Positions 1 through 12,420 of a stretch of 64,000 bases of DNA are shown piece by piece. The notes below the pieces were generated by a model. The model saw only the letters and a list, made by a program, of their open reading frames with translations. It was not told where the DNA came from and ran no database searches. Source of the DNA: Eukaryota sp. GEM-RC1 (lineage: Eukaryota); assembly GCA_040285855.1 (NCBI GenBank), contig JAUFOQ010000003.1:744001-808000 (forward strand), given 5' to 3'. Within the stretch, counting starts at the first letter, position 1. Each line of letters begins with the position of its first letter. The position numbers and the translations under genes are program-made.

Positions 1-437
1 ATGATTGGGATGAGGAATTGGTGGCTGACAAGGGGTTGGGGTTAATCTGGGAGGAAGTATTGGGGAAGGGAAAGAAGTTCAAGTGGGTGTGGATGTGTAT
101 GAAGTTTGGACTCAAATGTAAATTATATGTATTTGTAAATTATTTAATATTTTTGAAAGATGTGTGGATGACAAAGTCATTATGTATAAGCCACAAGAAC
201 CTTACTTTGTACCTATAGAATTCCAGAAAACTTTCAATTATCACTGAATTTTGAAATACTCCGGCTCTAAACTTAACCAAACTTTTCATTTCATTCTGTT
301 CCAATCAAAGTTCAATCCAATAAATCTCAAAATGATCACGTCATCTTTTCTGCGATTACATGGGTTCACGTATCTAAGTGAAACACAAGAGGAACTAGTG
401 TAGGAAAATCAGAAATTTAAATTTTCCAAAAACACGT

Positions 438-1766
438 CTACTCAAAGAACTTGTGATTCCCTACAACTTCCTTGAATCCCTTTGGAAAGAACCCATCTAA
501 ACTCCTAGAGCGCTCTTTCTTCTCCCCAAATGCCAACATTGGCACTACATTCCTTAAAAACAAGGGCACGGAACCATTAGGAAACTTCTCCACGGCATCT
601 TTAGCTTTCTTCAATGCATCATTCACAGCTCTACTCTTACCAGCCTCAGCACAAGAGATAGTAGCATGAGCCAGGGCATATTCACACTCTGGCATTCCGA
701 TATTCTTACATACCAGCAAAGCAGACGTTGTCAATGAAAGCAATGATGAATCAGTCACTCCAATGTCCTCCGATGCAAATATAACTAACCTTCGTGCAAT
801 GAAGACAGGATCACAACCCCCTTTGAGCATGACAAAGAGGTAGTACAAAGCAGCATCTGTTTGAGAAGCTCTCATTGACTTAATGAAAGCTGAGATTGAG
901 TTGTAGTGGTGATCTCCAGACTTGTCGAAGAGATTGAGTGGTGACGTCATTACGTTGAGAACGTCATCTGATTCAATCGTGGATTTGGACTTGCATAGTT
1001 TGCTCGCCGTTTCAATTAGGTTGAGAGCAGTTCTGGCATCACCATCTGCCAGGTTTGCGATTAATGTGACAGTTTCTGAAGAAGGAGGTGTGAAAGAAGA
1101 GTGTCGCGGAAGGCCATCAGGATGAGAAAAGGCCCTGCTTATGATGCAACATAAGGATTCCGATGAAAGTTTGTTGAGTTTGAGAACAATCATTCTGCTA
1201 AGTAAGGCGTTGTTGATGGAGAATGAAGGATTCTCAGTTGTAGCTCCCACTAGAGTGATGAATCCGGTTTCAATGGATAGGAAAACGTCTTGTTGACTCT
1301 TGTTGAAAGCATGAATCTCGTCAACAAAGAGGAGTGTTTTGCGGTTGAATTTGAGGTCGTTTTTGGCCTGAGTGAAGATTGTACGGATCTCCGCGACTTT
1401 GGTATCACGAGCTGATAATGAAACAAATCGGTAAGAGTAATGTTTAGCAACAAGTTTGGCTAGGGTGGTTTTACCTGTGCCAGAGGGCCCATAGAAGAGT
1501 AGAGAAGCCGTGAGATCTGATGACATGAGGTCCTTGAGAACAGTAAGAGAGGTTTGGCCAATAACATCATCTAGAGTTTTTGGTCTAAGTCTTTCAGCTA
1601 GAGGAGGTAGGAAAACGTCTTTTTGTGGGAGTGGTGATGATTGCGGTGACAGAGCATGACGATCGTCATCAGACAAGACCTCGATGATATCATCATCATT
1701 TGAAGGCGGACGTGGTTGTTTTCGTTTAGGAGCAGTAAGAAGAGGTTGTGAATGTCGTTTTGACAT
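438..1766 (-). CDS. WRNIP1: WRNIP1/Mgs1 (RarA family) AAA+ ATPase
   Basis: PLAERLRP, Walker A GPSGTGKTT, Walker B FVDEIH, GATTENPSF and the MgsA C-terminal motifs ISAFIKSMRAS and ASEDIG. Confidence 0.95.
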   Translation of the reverse strand: MSKRHSQPLLTAPKRKQPRPPSNDDDIIEVLSDDDRHALSPQSSPLPQKDVFLPPLAERLRPKTLDDVIGQTSLTVLKDLMSSDLTASLLFYGPSGTGKTTLAKLVAKHYSYRFVSLSARDTKVAEIRTIFTQAKNDLKFNRKTLLFVDEIHAFNKSQQDVFLSIETGFITLVGATTENPSFSINNALLSRMIVLKLNKLSSESLCCIISRAFSHPDGLPRHSSFTPPSSETVTLIANLADGDARTALNLIETASKLCKSKSTIESDDVLNVMTSPLNLFDKSGDHHYNSISAFIKSMRASQTDAALYYLFVMLKGGCDPVFIARRLVIFASEDIGVTDSSLLSLTTSALLVCKNIGMPECEYALAHATISCAEAGKSRAVNDALKKAKDAVEKFPNGSVPLFLRNVVPMLAFGEKKERSRSLDGFFPKGFKEVVGNHKFFE

Positions 1767-2128
1767 TTACAAATATTTTGTGCAACAAGACTTCTAACCC
1801 CTTTCAAAAGAAACTGCAACTACAATATGATGTGTCTGAAGAAGCTTCCTCTGAAAGTGTAAATTTCTTGCAAAATCCACCTGACATAAATTCAATCAAT
1901 ATTTTGCGTGATTTAATAGTGGTTTAGAGAGAGTCTACAGACTGCTCTTTTGTTAGCAGTTGCATTCAATAAATATAGTTGCAATTATAAAAATGGCTTT
2001 ATAATAAAAACATCGAACTGTCAACGACTCAAGTAATGTGTCTTGAGTCATACTAGTAAGTGACGACTTTTTTTTTGCTTGAACAAAGATTGGTTGAGTA
2101 AATCTGATACAAATTCGACTTCACTCCC

Positions 2129-3306
2129 ATGGATCTTCGAAAACATCTTCTACAACACAAAATCAACAACCTCCACATTACTGAACCAGTTAATGAGAGA
2201 GTTACAAGTGAAAGTGCTTACAAAGACCTTGAGGACAGACGAAAAGCTATTCGCATGAGACTGACCAACCTAATGACTAGGAGTGAAGCAGGTGAAAGGA
2301 TTCGCAAAAGGACGAGCAGCTAAAGTTACCCGCTGTGAATAGGACTTACGTCACCGCAAAACAAGAACAAGCTCCTCCCAGAATAGAAGTTCCCAAGTTG
2401 CACATTCCTGTAACCAATGTTACTTTAGACCGACCAAAAGTGAGCAGACGTATCACGTCAGCTCCTGCAAGACCAAATGAAACCACATACAATGCTAGAG
2501 AAGCACCTAAACGACCAACAAAGAGTGCCCATGAGTATCGAAGAAGTGAAAATGTGAAGAACGTTGGTGAAGATAACACATTAAACAAGCCACAGAAAAG
2601 GCCAGAACCAACAGAAAATGTGCCAGACCGACACAAGAAAAATCGAAGGCCGAGTGGCCGTCAAAATCAAACATTCGAGTCGGTTTGTGGCGTTTTGCAT
2701 CAAGTAATTGAAGAAAACAACAAACATTTGAAAGCAAGAAGAAGACCACCCCCATTGAAGATTCCAGACCTTGATATCGGTCCATTCAACGAAATGGAAA
2801 CACCAAGAACTCCAGCTGCCAAAGATCTATATCGGTTCTTGTACACGTTTGCATACAGAACCAGAATGTCTCATGAACCAGCTGTGGCGATGTTGGCATA
2901 CATCGATCGGTTGATCGAAAGGACAGGTTTGGTTTTGAGCAGTAAGAATTGGAACAAAATCCTTTTCACCACTGTTCTCTGTAGTCAAAAATGCTGGGAA
3001 GACGAATTCTTCTACAACTCTGATTACAACAAGTTGTATCCTGAACTGACACTCGTTGAAGTCAATGATCTTGAACGATCCTTCTTGGCCCTAATCGATT
3101 TTGATCTCTCTGTTAGTCCCGAGTTGTACTCTAAATATCAGAAACATTTACAAATTCTGTATAACAATGAGCTGGACCTCATGGATGCTTCCCCTTATTC
3201 ACCAATGAGTCCTTCGTTTATGCCTATTTCTACCAGTCCAGTGTCTCGTCCATCAAGACTCATGTACAATGAAAGAGCTTCAAGTCCTGGTCGTTCAGTA
3301 TTCTAG
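2129..3306 (+). CDS. Cyclin-fold protein (cyclin Y / PHO80-like), split by a 1-nt frameshift near 2306
   Basis: C-terminal cyclin box AYIDRLIE...NWNKILFTTVLCSQKCWEDEFFYNSDY...LERSFLALIDFDL. ORFs 2129-2323 and 2335-3306 join if one A is added to the run in cgcaaaag. Confidence 0.8.
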
Positions 3307-3406
3307 AATTCTTCTATCATGTGGAATTACACAATAAAGTTTATGTATCTCTTAAGTTTGGGAAAACATACACAGTTCAGTTACAGTATATGATTCATGA
3401 GTTGTA

Positions 3407-4338
3407 CAGGGATCGAAAAAAATAAATTGTATTGCAATAAATTGAAATAAATTATATTGCAATAAATATTGCACGTCCTTTGATGCGCAATATATTTATT
3501 GCAACAAAGGGTTTATTGCAATTTATTGCAATATATTTCCAATATATTGCAATGTGTCACAACGAGATTTATGCAGAGTAACTCTAACAAGTCGTGTTCA
3601 TAAGAACACTTTCTTTCACTGCATATCCACTCCAAGTCCAAAGAAGTTAAAATGGGACCTACAGTTGGTTTCTACATCTCTATTCTCATCACTCAGCACA
3701 TACTTCAAGCAATGAGATTTGTGGAAACTGGTACATGTGTTTATTTACGTATCAATAAAGACACGTTCCAATCATAGTGGCACCCATCAATACAATTTAT
3801 TTTTTTGGATCCCTGTCCAGAGTCTGTACCAGGAAGCGGGAAGTCTTATCATGTAGTAGGTGGGACTGTAATGAACGTGGTATACGTACGTGACGAATCG
3901 CTAAAAAGTTGAAACACGCATATACATCACATTATAGGAACCATTGAAGTAAATGAGTATTGATACCAACAGAAGAGCAAAGATAGAAAGATGAGTTGTT
4001 AAGTCTGAGCGTACATTATAATCAGAAGCGGTGTCAAGATTTACAGTACGTTAAGAAGTATAATTAATGTTCTTATGCATGTATCTGAAAGGGTAACCGA
4101 CTAAAAGCGCTGACGTTCTAGTAGTGGTTAATTTCCAGTCAGTAAATATCAGCAGGACGTCTCAATTTCTTACATTTTCACGAACCAAATTTTACCTAAA
4201 ATATTGCAATATATTGCAATTATTTATTGCAATCATCTCAGTTTCCAATACATTTATTGCAATGATCACATTTTGCAATATATTTATTGTACATTTTTTA
4301 TGCTAGAAATATATTGCAATATATTTTTTCGATCCCTG
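3407..4338. mobile_element. hAT-type MITE, 932 bp
   Basis: TIRs CAGGGATCGAAAAAA / TTTTTTCGATCCCTG; perfect 8-bp TSD GAGTTGTA (3399-3406 and 4339-4346); subterminal ATTGCAAT repeats. Confidence 0.92.
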
Positions 4339-4515
4339 GAGTTGTATCAAGATTACTCTTTAAGAATACTCCATTTTGGACTATATCGTAAGAATTTGAA
4401 CAGTAGTAATAAATCTCCTATAAGTCCAGGTTCCAAGGTAAGAACTAAGTTTGTTGTGACACAACATGAAGATTAAGATTGAACATCATAATTAAGGTCT
4501 CCTCACTTGTCCTAC

Positions 4516-5769
4516 ATGAGTGTTATTCTTTCCCTTGACCCTTCCCAACTGGATCTTGTTGTTGACAAGTACTGTAATTCGTGTTTTTCTTCGGGTCCAT
4601 CTGCTGATCTTCAAGAGAAGTTTACCTATGCAGATTTTCGATATGGAGTCCTCAAATCTATCCCCAAGTTCTGTAGGACTCGTTCAATAACATCTAATAC
4701 CCAAACTCTGACTAACTTATTCCATCTGTTAAGACTTGCTACTAGTCATAGCTTATCTGATAAAGCATCTGAAGTAGCTTCCATCAAGATCCTCACACAC
4801 TCTATCTCTCCCTCAGATTGCATAGTTCCTCCAACATCGTTTCTTTCCCAAAAACCATCTGCCCAATCTTCAAATCCCACTAAACACACCCAAGCTCTCA
4901 CCAGTGCTTGGACCTCCTTTCTTGACATTCCGACTCTCCCACTCTCCATCATCAAGCCCTACCTAGTCCTGCTACCCCGTACTTTGTCTGCACTCTCATC
5001 TCCACTAAAGTTCTCTGACTTCTTAATCTCAGTACTGACACGTCACGATGACCTGTCATTCCTTGCTATTCACCCTCTCTACCTCCTAATCAGAGATCAC
5101 AAACTGGATCATCCTTCTTGGTTCTCCGATTTGGCAGCTTTAATCACTCATGATCTCTATTTCTCCCCCCTTTCCAAATCCTTCCTCAAACTACTTCCCC
5201 TTCTTCTCACTGCCCCTTCCATCTCTGTTGATACCCTCAAAACCATTGTTCGAAGACTCATGACTGTAACTCTAACTGCTCCTCCTCATTTCTCCATGTG
5301 GTCTCTTTCTCTAATCTATGACATCATCACACGTCATCCGAGTATAGTTGCTCTCATCCACTCTCCCCCCAAATCTAACGACAATCTACTAGACTCTTGT
5401 GTGTTTGGAAAGGAAGCTCCGATTGAAAGGCCAATGGTTGGTGATGATGAAGAGAAAGTTGTGGAAGATTCGCTGTGGGAGTTGAATCTTTTAATGAATC
5501 ATTATCATCCTTTTATTGCTTCTATTGCAACTTCTTTTAAGGATGTTCTGGAGCAGAAGAGGTTCGTTCCTTCTGATTTTGCAGGTGTTTCTCTAGATGA
5601 ATTGATAGATGCTGAGCTTATACGAAAGTTTAAAAATTTGACTGTTCAAATATCACTGGAAAAGAATTTGTTTTCTCTTAATGGAGGATTTTCTGGATGG
5701 GAGTTACCAAAGACTTTTGCTAAACCTGCTCAGTTTGCAGGAAGTCTTCCGGATTCAGTCATGAATTAG
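4516..5769 (+). CDS. NOC4: Nucleolar complex protein 4 (CBF/Mak21 family)
   Basis: CBF-domain motifs DFLISVL...LAIHPLYLLIRDHKLDHP and SLWELNLLMNHYHP. Confidence 0.85.
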   Translation: MSVILSLDPSQLDLVVDKYCNSCFSSGPSADLQEKFTYADFRYGVLKSIPKFCRTRSITSNTQTLTNLFHLLRLATSHSLSDKASEVASIKILTHSISPSDCIVPPTSFLSQKPSAQSSNPTKHTQALTSAWTSFLDIPTLPLSIIKPYLVLLPRTLSALSSPLKFSDFLISVLTRHDDLSFLAIHPLYLLIRDHKLDHPSWFSDLAALITHDLYFSPLSKSFLKLLPLLLTAPSISVDTLKTIVRRLMTVTLTAPPHFSMWSLSLIYDIITRHPSIVALIHSPPKSNDNLLDSCVFGKEAPIERPMVGDDEEKVVEDSLWELNLLMNHYHPFIASIATSFKDVLEQKRFVPSDFAGVSLDELIDAELIRKFKNLTVQISLEKNLFSLNGGFSGWELPKTFAKPAQFAGSLPDSVMN

Positions 5770-6106
5770 TATTTTTCTTAGTTTGTTTTCTTTTCATTTT
5801 CAATCAATTGGCCTTTTGATGGTCTTTTTGATTAGTTTTATATTAGTTTTTAAGTATATTCGATGGGAAATATAGTATTATTACTTGATCTTTATTACAT
5901 TGATTTAATTTGGTTGTCTCAACTCATTCAGATCACTTGATTAACAATTTTATCACATAGTATTTTGTTTAGTTCATTCTGTCCCAAAACTCTCTTCTTG
6001 GAGAGGATCAGTCCAATAGAGATATTGTAATGAATAATATTGGTAAGCAGACCACCTGTTTATCCCTTTGAGGAAATTTTTGTTAAATCTTCTGTTCTGT
6101 TGACCA

Positions 6107-7020
6107 ATGTCAAAAGCTCTCGGTCTTCCAGTATCAGCTTTGATAGTGATCATTGTTGTGGCTCTTTTCTCATCCTTTTATATTGTTCCTGTTGGTGAAG
6201 TTGGTCTCCTTTACTCGTCTTGGAGTGGAAAAATTCGAGAGACTCCCATTGATGCTGGACGCCATTTCTTTGGTCCCGGGCACAGTCTTTACCTCTTTCC
6301 TATCCGTGATCAAACTGAAGCATTTTCACGAAATAACAACAATCCCTTAACTGCACGTGCTATAGATGGCCTCTCTGTTTCCAATTGATATCGAAGTGGT
6401 ATATAATATCCTTCCCTCCGGCCTTGCTGACATTTTCGCTGATTATCTCACTGAATATAGACCTGTTGTTCGCTCTCTCATTAGATCTCTCTGCAGAGAT
6501 GTCATCAGTGATTACCCTGCTATTAGTATATTCGCAAACAGAACTCTTGTCCAAGAGGCTATACAAGACACATTGAGGACCAATCTTGCCGAAAAGGCCA
6601 TGAATTTGATCTCAGTACAGATTCATAGCATTCAGCTACCTGTATGTTCTCTCCTCTTTTTCATCTTAGTCTGCTTTTGCTGAAGCCATTAATGAGAGGC
6701 AAACTGCACAACGCCGTATACCTGCTGCTTACAACGATAGAGAGCACAAGAAAACTCAAAAAGAAAGAGAATTGGACGATGCTGTAGCAGCTGCACGTGA
6801 TGTCGTTACTTCTGCTGAAGGACAAGCTAAATCGTTATTGATCTCCACCAACGCTACAGCTACAGGTATGGTAACAATGATGATGGCAAAAGCTGAAGCA
6901 ATCGGTAGAATGCAAACTGAACTGGATATTAATGGTCCTGCTCTGATGCGTTATATTTCAGTGGAACTTATGAGATTACATAATGGTAGAAAGTTTACTT
7001 TTAATTTGGATGTAGAATAA
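6107..7020 (+). CDS. SPFH/band-7 (prohibitin-like) membrane protein; frameshift near 6380 and a 28-nt intron at 6642-6669
   Basis: N-terminal TM, SFYIVPVGEVG, ARAIDGL..IDIEVVY, IFANRTLV. Removing GTATGT...TTAG joins the 6366 and 6772 ORFs in frame (LPSAFAEAINERQ). Confidence 0.8.
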
Positions 7021-7433
7021 TTTTTTGGTGTATAAATTGGGTTTTGTTGTTGTCATGTTTTCCAGCACCTTTTATTAAAACTCGTCTAACAATATTTGTT
7101 TTCATTTTGTTAATTGAATCACGAATGTGGCTTACAGTAAAATCTCTCTTCAATTCAATGCTTTTTCACTCCTGGAATCAGTAATACAGTTACTAGTAAT
7201 GATAAGAACAATTTAATGGCATAACTCTCTTTTTGGGCAACATGATACTTTTGCACACCAAGTTCACTAAAATTCCCTTTTCAAAGCACGAACATGAAAT
7301 GATCAATACACTAAAATTAAAAACACCTAATCAGGCATTATGCTCTACAACGACTCTTTTGTGACTTCTGGCGGATAATAATGCTAACTTTGTAATTAGT
7401 ATCTTATTGTTCTTTCCGTCAAATGAAAGATAC

Positions 7434-7483
7434 TTTATTCGGTACCCAAAAGGTAACCTTCCTACAAAAGTATGAATTTGAAA
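7434..7483 (-). repeat. Solo copy of the non-LTR element 3' UTR end
   Basis: Closely matches 11722-11772 (TTTATTCGGyACCCAA..AAGGTAACCTT.CTACAAA), which lies immediately 3' of an RLE remnant. Confidence 0.65.
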
Positions 7484-7736
7484 TTTTCAAAAAAAACACA
7501 ATGGTACTCACTCAATGGTGCAATGAAGTGAAACTGGGAACTTTTCCGAATTGTTGTCCAACAGTTCCCAATACAACAATGTAGATAACAATACGTAAAG
7601 TGTGATCCAGAAACTCCCTCAAATTGGTTTGACAATGAACTTAAATGATGAAACTCACGACAGCAACTGGTGACGTGTACACTATTTTTGACTCAGTGAA
7701 ATGGTGAATTTACAACTCACTTCGCTTTTGCTTTAA

Positions 7737-8195
7737 ATGACAGATTCTTCCGTAAAGGCCTCTGTTTGGAACCAGGACAAATGGGCCTGGGAAGAACGAC
7801 CTCAGACAGTGTGGTGCCAGAACCGTCTTAAGGAACTCCTGGCTAATATATGTGTTCCTGAACTTGAAAACGGCACCCTTTGCACCACATCTGTCACATC
7901 TGTTGAAGGCGACGCAACAAATTACACCAGAAAAGGCAAGATACGCTATTTCTTTGACTTTGAAACTCGAGTCGGAGTGAAACTTGAAGTAATCGAGGAT
8001 GATGAAACTAAAACAGCGTCGGGTGAGTTTGTTATCACTATGGCTGGTGATGAGCCCCCCTCTGAATGGCAATATACTTTTAAACCAATTGGTAAGTCAA
8101 AATTGACAAAACAACTAGTCCAACAGTCATCGTTATTGAAGTGCCTAATTGAAGAGAAGATGGGCCAATTTATTGAAGAGTTGTCACAACGATAA
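7737..8195 (+). CDS. Activator of Hsp90 ATPase, N-domain-only (Aha1_N / Hch1-like)
   Basis: WNQDKWAWEER...W..NRLKELL and VEGDATNYTRKGKIRYFFD motifs. Confidence 0.85.
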   Translation: MTDSSVKASVWNQDKWAWEERPQTVWCQNRLKELLANICVPELENGTLCTTSVTSVEGDATNYTRKGKIRYFFDFETRVGVKLEVIEDDETKTASGEFVITMAGDEPPSEWQYTFKPIGKSKLTKQLVQQSSLLKCLIEEKMGQFIEELSQR

Positions 8196-8232
8196 CGTTT
8201 TAAAATAAAATACATAAACAATGAGGCTCAAC

Positions 8233-8691
8233 TTAACCAAATATCGTATTAAACTCTGCTTTCAAAGACTCCAGTTCCTTGGTATCAAAATCTTGAGGAA
8301 TGTTGAACTGTTCCCTCAGTTGTTCAGGGGTTTTATCACTTGCTAGGTTGGCTATGGTCTTACAGCAAAGGTCTATTAGTGCAGGCATGCCAAGAAAGTT
8401 ACCAGCAAGAAGTGTTTGAAAGACAGTTTCCAGATCCACATCAATTATGAATTTGCGGTTCCAGGATATAATTTCATCATCAGTAACAGAATCTGGAGAG
8501 TTGGACACTTTGGCATGAAAATGAGCAAAGTCAAGAGCACGCTTCATATATACATTACAGACACCAGGAACAGGAATTTCAGTGTCTCCGGAAGCATCTA
8601 CTATGTTTCGAATGTAACCACAGAGTTCCCCTACAGAAGAATCGACATCAAACTTTTGTCCGTCTCCAGATATAAGTGTAAGACGAGCCAT
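8233..8691 (-). CDS. SKP1: SKP1 family protein
   Basis: LISGDGQKFDV, IPVPGV, LLAGNFLGMPALIDLCCKTIAN...KTPEQLREQFNI. Confidence 0.92.
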   Translation of the reverse strand: MARLTLISGDGQKFDVDSSVGELCGYIRNIVDASGDTEIPVPGVCNVYMKRALDFAHFHAKVSNSPDSVTDDEIISWNRKFIIDVDLETVFQTLLAGNFLGMPALIDLCCKTIANLASDKTPEQLREQFNIPQDFDTKELESLKAEFNTIFG

Positions 8692-8755
8692 AAAGTTTAG
8701 GTTCAAATTTTTACCTCATAAAAGTCTCCTAGACCTATTCCATTATATATATCTC

Positions 8756-10082
8756 ATGACTTTTCCTCTTTTAAAACCCTCTGAGATTGAAAGCATCCTA
8801 ACCGAGATGGAAATCTCTTTCACTCCTAATTTTCTCTCGAAACCAGATAAATCTGTTTCTTCTGATGAAGTCCAATCCATTTTCACTGCTCTACTTGAAT
8901 ACTTTCTTGGAATCACCTCCGATGAACTTGCTCAAGTTCCCGATGGAACCCCAGTTCCCACAATATTCGCAGACTCCCCTTCATCTAGGCTGGGCTCCTC
9001 TTACTCTCTTTCGAATCCTCTCTGATCTCTTTGCATCCATTGGCTATCCAGAATTCAAAATGTCCGATCTAATCACCCCAGATCGTAAGAAGTTCGTCAT
9101 TCTACTCTCCGCCTTACTTAACTTTGCTAAGTTCCGTGAGGATCAGTTATCAAAGTACGCTGAGCTTGAGCACACCACTGTATCCCTCGAGGAAGAACTG
9201 GAGTTGCTCAAGACTCAGGAAGCGGAAGTTCTTCAACATGTACATGAATTAGAAGACCAAGAGAAGGCAGAAGAACCAGAATTGATTGAAGTCGAGAATA
9301 ATATTAAAACTCTCACCGAGCAGCTTAAATCCTTTCATGGTGATTACCAGGCACTATCAAGTGAAACAACTCTCTGTAAGCAAGAGAATGCTGATTTAGA
9401 GACGGAGATTGAGAGTTTGAAGTTGAAGACTATTACGGTTGAACAGGAGGTTGACGTGCTTTCTGGAAAAGTCAAGGATGATCCGACGACTTTACGAGAC
9501 CATATTTCTGAGATTGAGCGGAAGGCGGAAGCTCTGAATGACAGTCTTGCTTCTGAACAATCAAGATTTAAAGTTATTCAGGACAAACAGAAGTTACTGA
9601 ACGAAATTAGTAGGCAACTTCCTAAATTTAACAAAATACTTGAAAAAATTAAAAATATTATCAAAAAGAAGAGCTCTCTGGCAGATAAGATTTATTCGTC
9701 ATCAATAGGAGCAGCTGAGACTGAAAAGGAAGTCGAAGGTGTTGACCTAAAGATTCGTCATTTTGATAAGAAAATCGCACAGTTTACAGATCAAATGAAG
9801 AGATCGCAGGACTCCCATGAACTGAAAAAGGAAGGTTACTCATCAAGAAGGAAAGAGTTGCTTGATTCAATCAGAAAAGAGCGCCAATCAAAGGGCGACA
9901 TCATGAAAACGTGTACAGACTTAGAGAACGACATTCAATCAAGAAGATCCAAATTACAAGAACTCTCGGAGAGCAGAGATTTGGAATTGAGAGAAGTCTC
10001 TTCTATAGTTGAACAAGTTGAAAAAACAGTGACAGCGTGGCATGCGCGACTATCAGCTGAAATGCAAGAAACTAATTTGTGA
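8756..10082 (+). CDS. NUF2: Kinetochore protein Nuf2 (frameshift near 8975)
   Basis: MTFPLLKPSEI start and F.MSDLITPDRKK...LSALLNFAKFRE motif, followed by a long coiled coil. Confidence 0.88.
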
Positions 10083-10124
10083 TTTGAATTTATTAATTTA
10101 AAAACTAATTATTTTAATTCTTGA

Positions 10125-11475
10125 TCATTTCCATAATGCATCAAGTCTTTTGACACACTCTTTTGTGTTTAAATCTTCTGTACCAAAGCAAATCTCTCTG
10201 ATAGCCATTGATTGTTTAAATAGCAGCTCTGCTTGTTTTTTGTTTAATCTTTTCTTTGTAGATTCTACCACTACCTCACTTTTCTTAACGAAAACTGATG
10301 CTAAATGAAATAAAATTTCTGCAACTTTTGGGTGATTCTCCGGATAAACCTTTTTCATGACTTCTAGAGCTTTGTTTCCATGATCGAGGCCCTTATCAAA
10401 CTCTTTCAGCTGCTCACAGCAAACTAGGAGGGGAAGTCTAATTGTAGGAAGAGATGAATGATCCACAGTAATGAACTTTCCAAAGTTTGACAAAACCTTT
10501 TCAAAAACTTTCATTGCCTTGGCATACTCAGTTTGACGAAGTAGAGAGTTTCCCAAATGAATGAACTGAACCATCTTTTGTTGGATTTCAACAATATCTG
10601 ATTTTAGCGTTTTCTCATCGCAATCACGACACTGCAAACAATCATCATCACAATCAAACAGTAATCCAGACCTACACTTCTGACAGACCCATCCGTGAAC
10701 AACTTCGTCAACTTGAATAGCTTGCGGGTCAAGGCAACGTCTACAATCACAATCAATCCCCATTGATTCCAACTCCTTCTTCCTGTCTTTCAAAGGCATC
10801 ATTAAGGATGAGAGCTTGTTAATTGAAACTTCTGATCCCGAAGTCATTGCTCTGAGAGACATTACTTTGTTCGTGGAGGAAGCAAGGTTACAGGTGGGAG
10901 CACAGGAATGTTTAACTGATGATAGGGAGGGATATAGTCCAACTCCAACATCAAAGACTCCTAAAGCAAAGGCGTCTTGGACACCGAAACAGTTGCAGTT
11001 GATGATGTGACATAACGTGGAGAGTTCTTGTTGATCGTGGTTGATTAGGGGGGCTACGAATGAGGCGACAGAGTTGTAATGTTCTTGGAGATCAGGATCT
11101 AGGTCAGACAAAGAGGGGAAGACTGTTAGATCGAGTATTTGTTGGAATGTTTCTGGAGAGGTTTGCTTGAGAGAAGCGACTCTTGCAAGCATTCTCATGA
11201 GTTCGGTATCAAGATCTTTGTCCTCATTTTCAGATATTGCTGATATAACTGGACATTCAAAAGTGTTATGATATGGTGAAGAGGATGTGAGACAGTCTTC
11301 ACAACAGAAGAAAAAACCCACAAGAAGGACAAAAAACTTCACGTTCACACGCAGCAATGTCGTTAGGTGTTGACCTCAGTTTGAAGCAGTGGGCACAAAC
11401 TCTATTTAAAAAAGCATTGCGTATCGAGAAAGCAACAGGTTCTTCTTGTTGAACAACTGTACCTGCAACGGACAT
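10125..11475 (-). CDS. SMYD-family SET/MYND/TPR protein (frameshift near 11335)
   Basis: Upstream frame MSVAGTVVQQEEP...CAHCF (MYND); GLYPSLSSVKHSCAPTC (variant of the SET NHSC motif); CDCRRC post-SET; C-terminal TPR. Confidence 0.82.
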
Positions 11476-11721
11476 TAGAGCTTGAGCGGAACAAATTTCA
11501 GAATCAGATTACGAAAATTTCTCAAGTTCATGATCTGTATTTGACGATAACTTTTTTTCATATTATTTTATGGAACAAAAACATGAGTCCATACATACAA
11601 GAGAATGGATACATTATTCACTCAATTTGGCCCTCTTTTGATTAGCACTAAGTAAAGCAAGTGAAAGTAAACATCCTGAGGCAACACTATTGGGTTGAAT
11701 TGAAGCATTTAGAGAGAGATG

Positions 11722-12130
11722 TTTATTCGGCACCCAATAAGGTAACCTTTCTACAAACTATGAAATTGTAAAAACAAACAAATAATACTAAGATTAAATC
11801 CAAACGACTTCATCACCACCCGGTAAAAGATTACGTTTATCTACATGAACCTTCACACCAAACTTGTACAATTTCTCAATTAATCTAGAGAAATAGAAAG
11901 GCATATTCCGATATATGGAAAACACTATACGGTTTTTCCATTCAGCCATTCTAAACTTACGCTTCTTTTCTTTACACAATTCTTCGAAATCCTTGAAAAA
12001 TTGATCACCAGCAGGACTAATAGATCCAAAAAGAGAAACAGCAAAAGGTTGAAACACAAATTTGGAATATGAGTTTCTATTTAATTCTTCTACTTGAGAG
12101 TCATACTTGGTGCGTTTGAGCTTTTCAGCT
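11722..12130 (-). mobile_element. 3' remnant of RLE-type non-LTR retrotransposon
   Basis: KRTKYDSQVEELN...FQPFAVSLFG...WKNRIVFSIYR, homologous to 16864-17514; followed by a 3' UTR with AATAAA. Confidence 0.8.
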
Positions 12131-12265
12131 ATTTATTTTTCAGCATTTATGTTATGAGAAGATTTGGAAGAGAATTAAAGTAGAGTTTATGTAGAAGAAA
12201 ACATAAAAAATCTTTTATCTCTTACAGATTCATAAAGTCTGAAGACGCAAACAAAATTAACAATA

Positions 12266-12420
12266 CTATTCCATGATATGGTCTTGAACTCCAGACAGTT
12301 TCTTCAAAATTCCATTGAAATACTGAAACATTGAACGAAATATAGAAAAAACAAGACGATCCCTCCAAAAACAAATATTAAAATTCATGCCAAATTCACA
12401 ACACAATTGATTAAAAGATG
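12266..12420 (-). mobile_element. Short 3' remnant of the RLE non-LTR family
   Basis: FNQLCCEFGMNFNICFWRDRLVFSIFRSMFQYF matches the family C-terminus. Confidence 0.7.

Noticed and set aside
1..218. 3' end of a gene entering the window
   Set aside because: Too short to identify.
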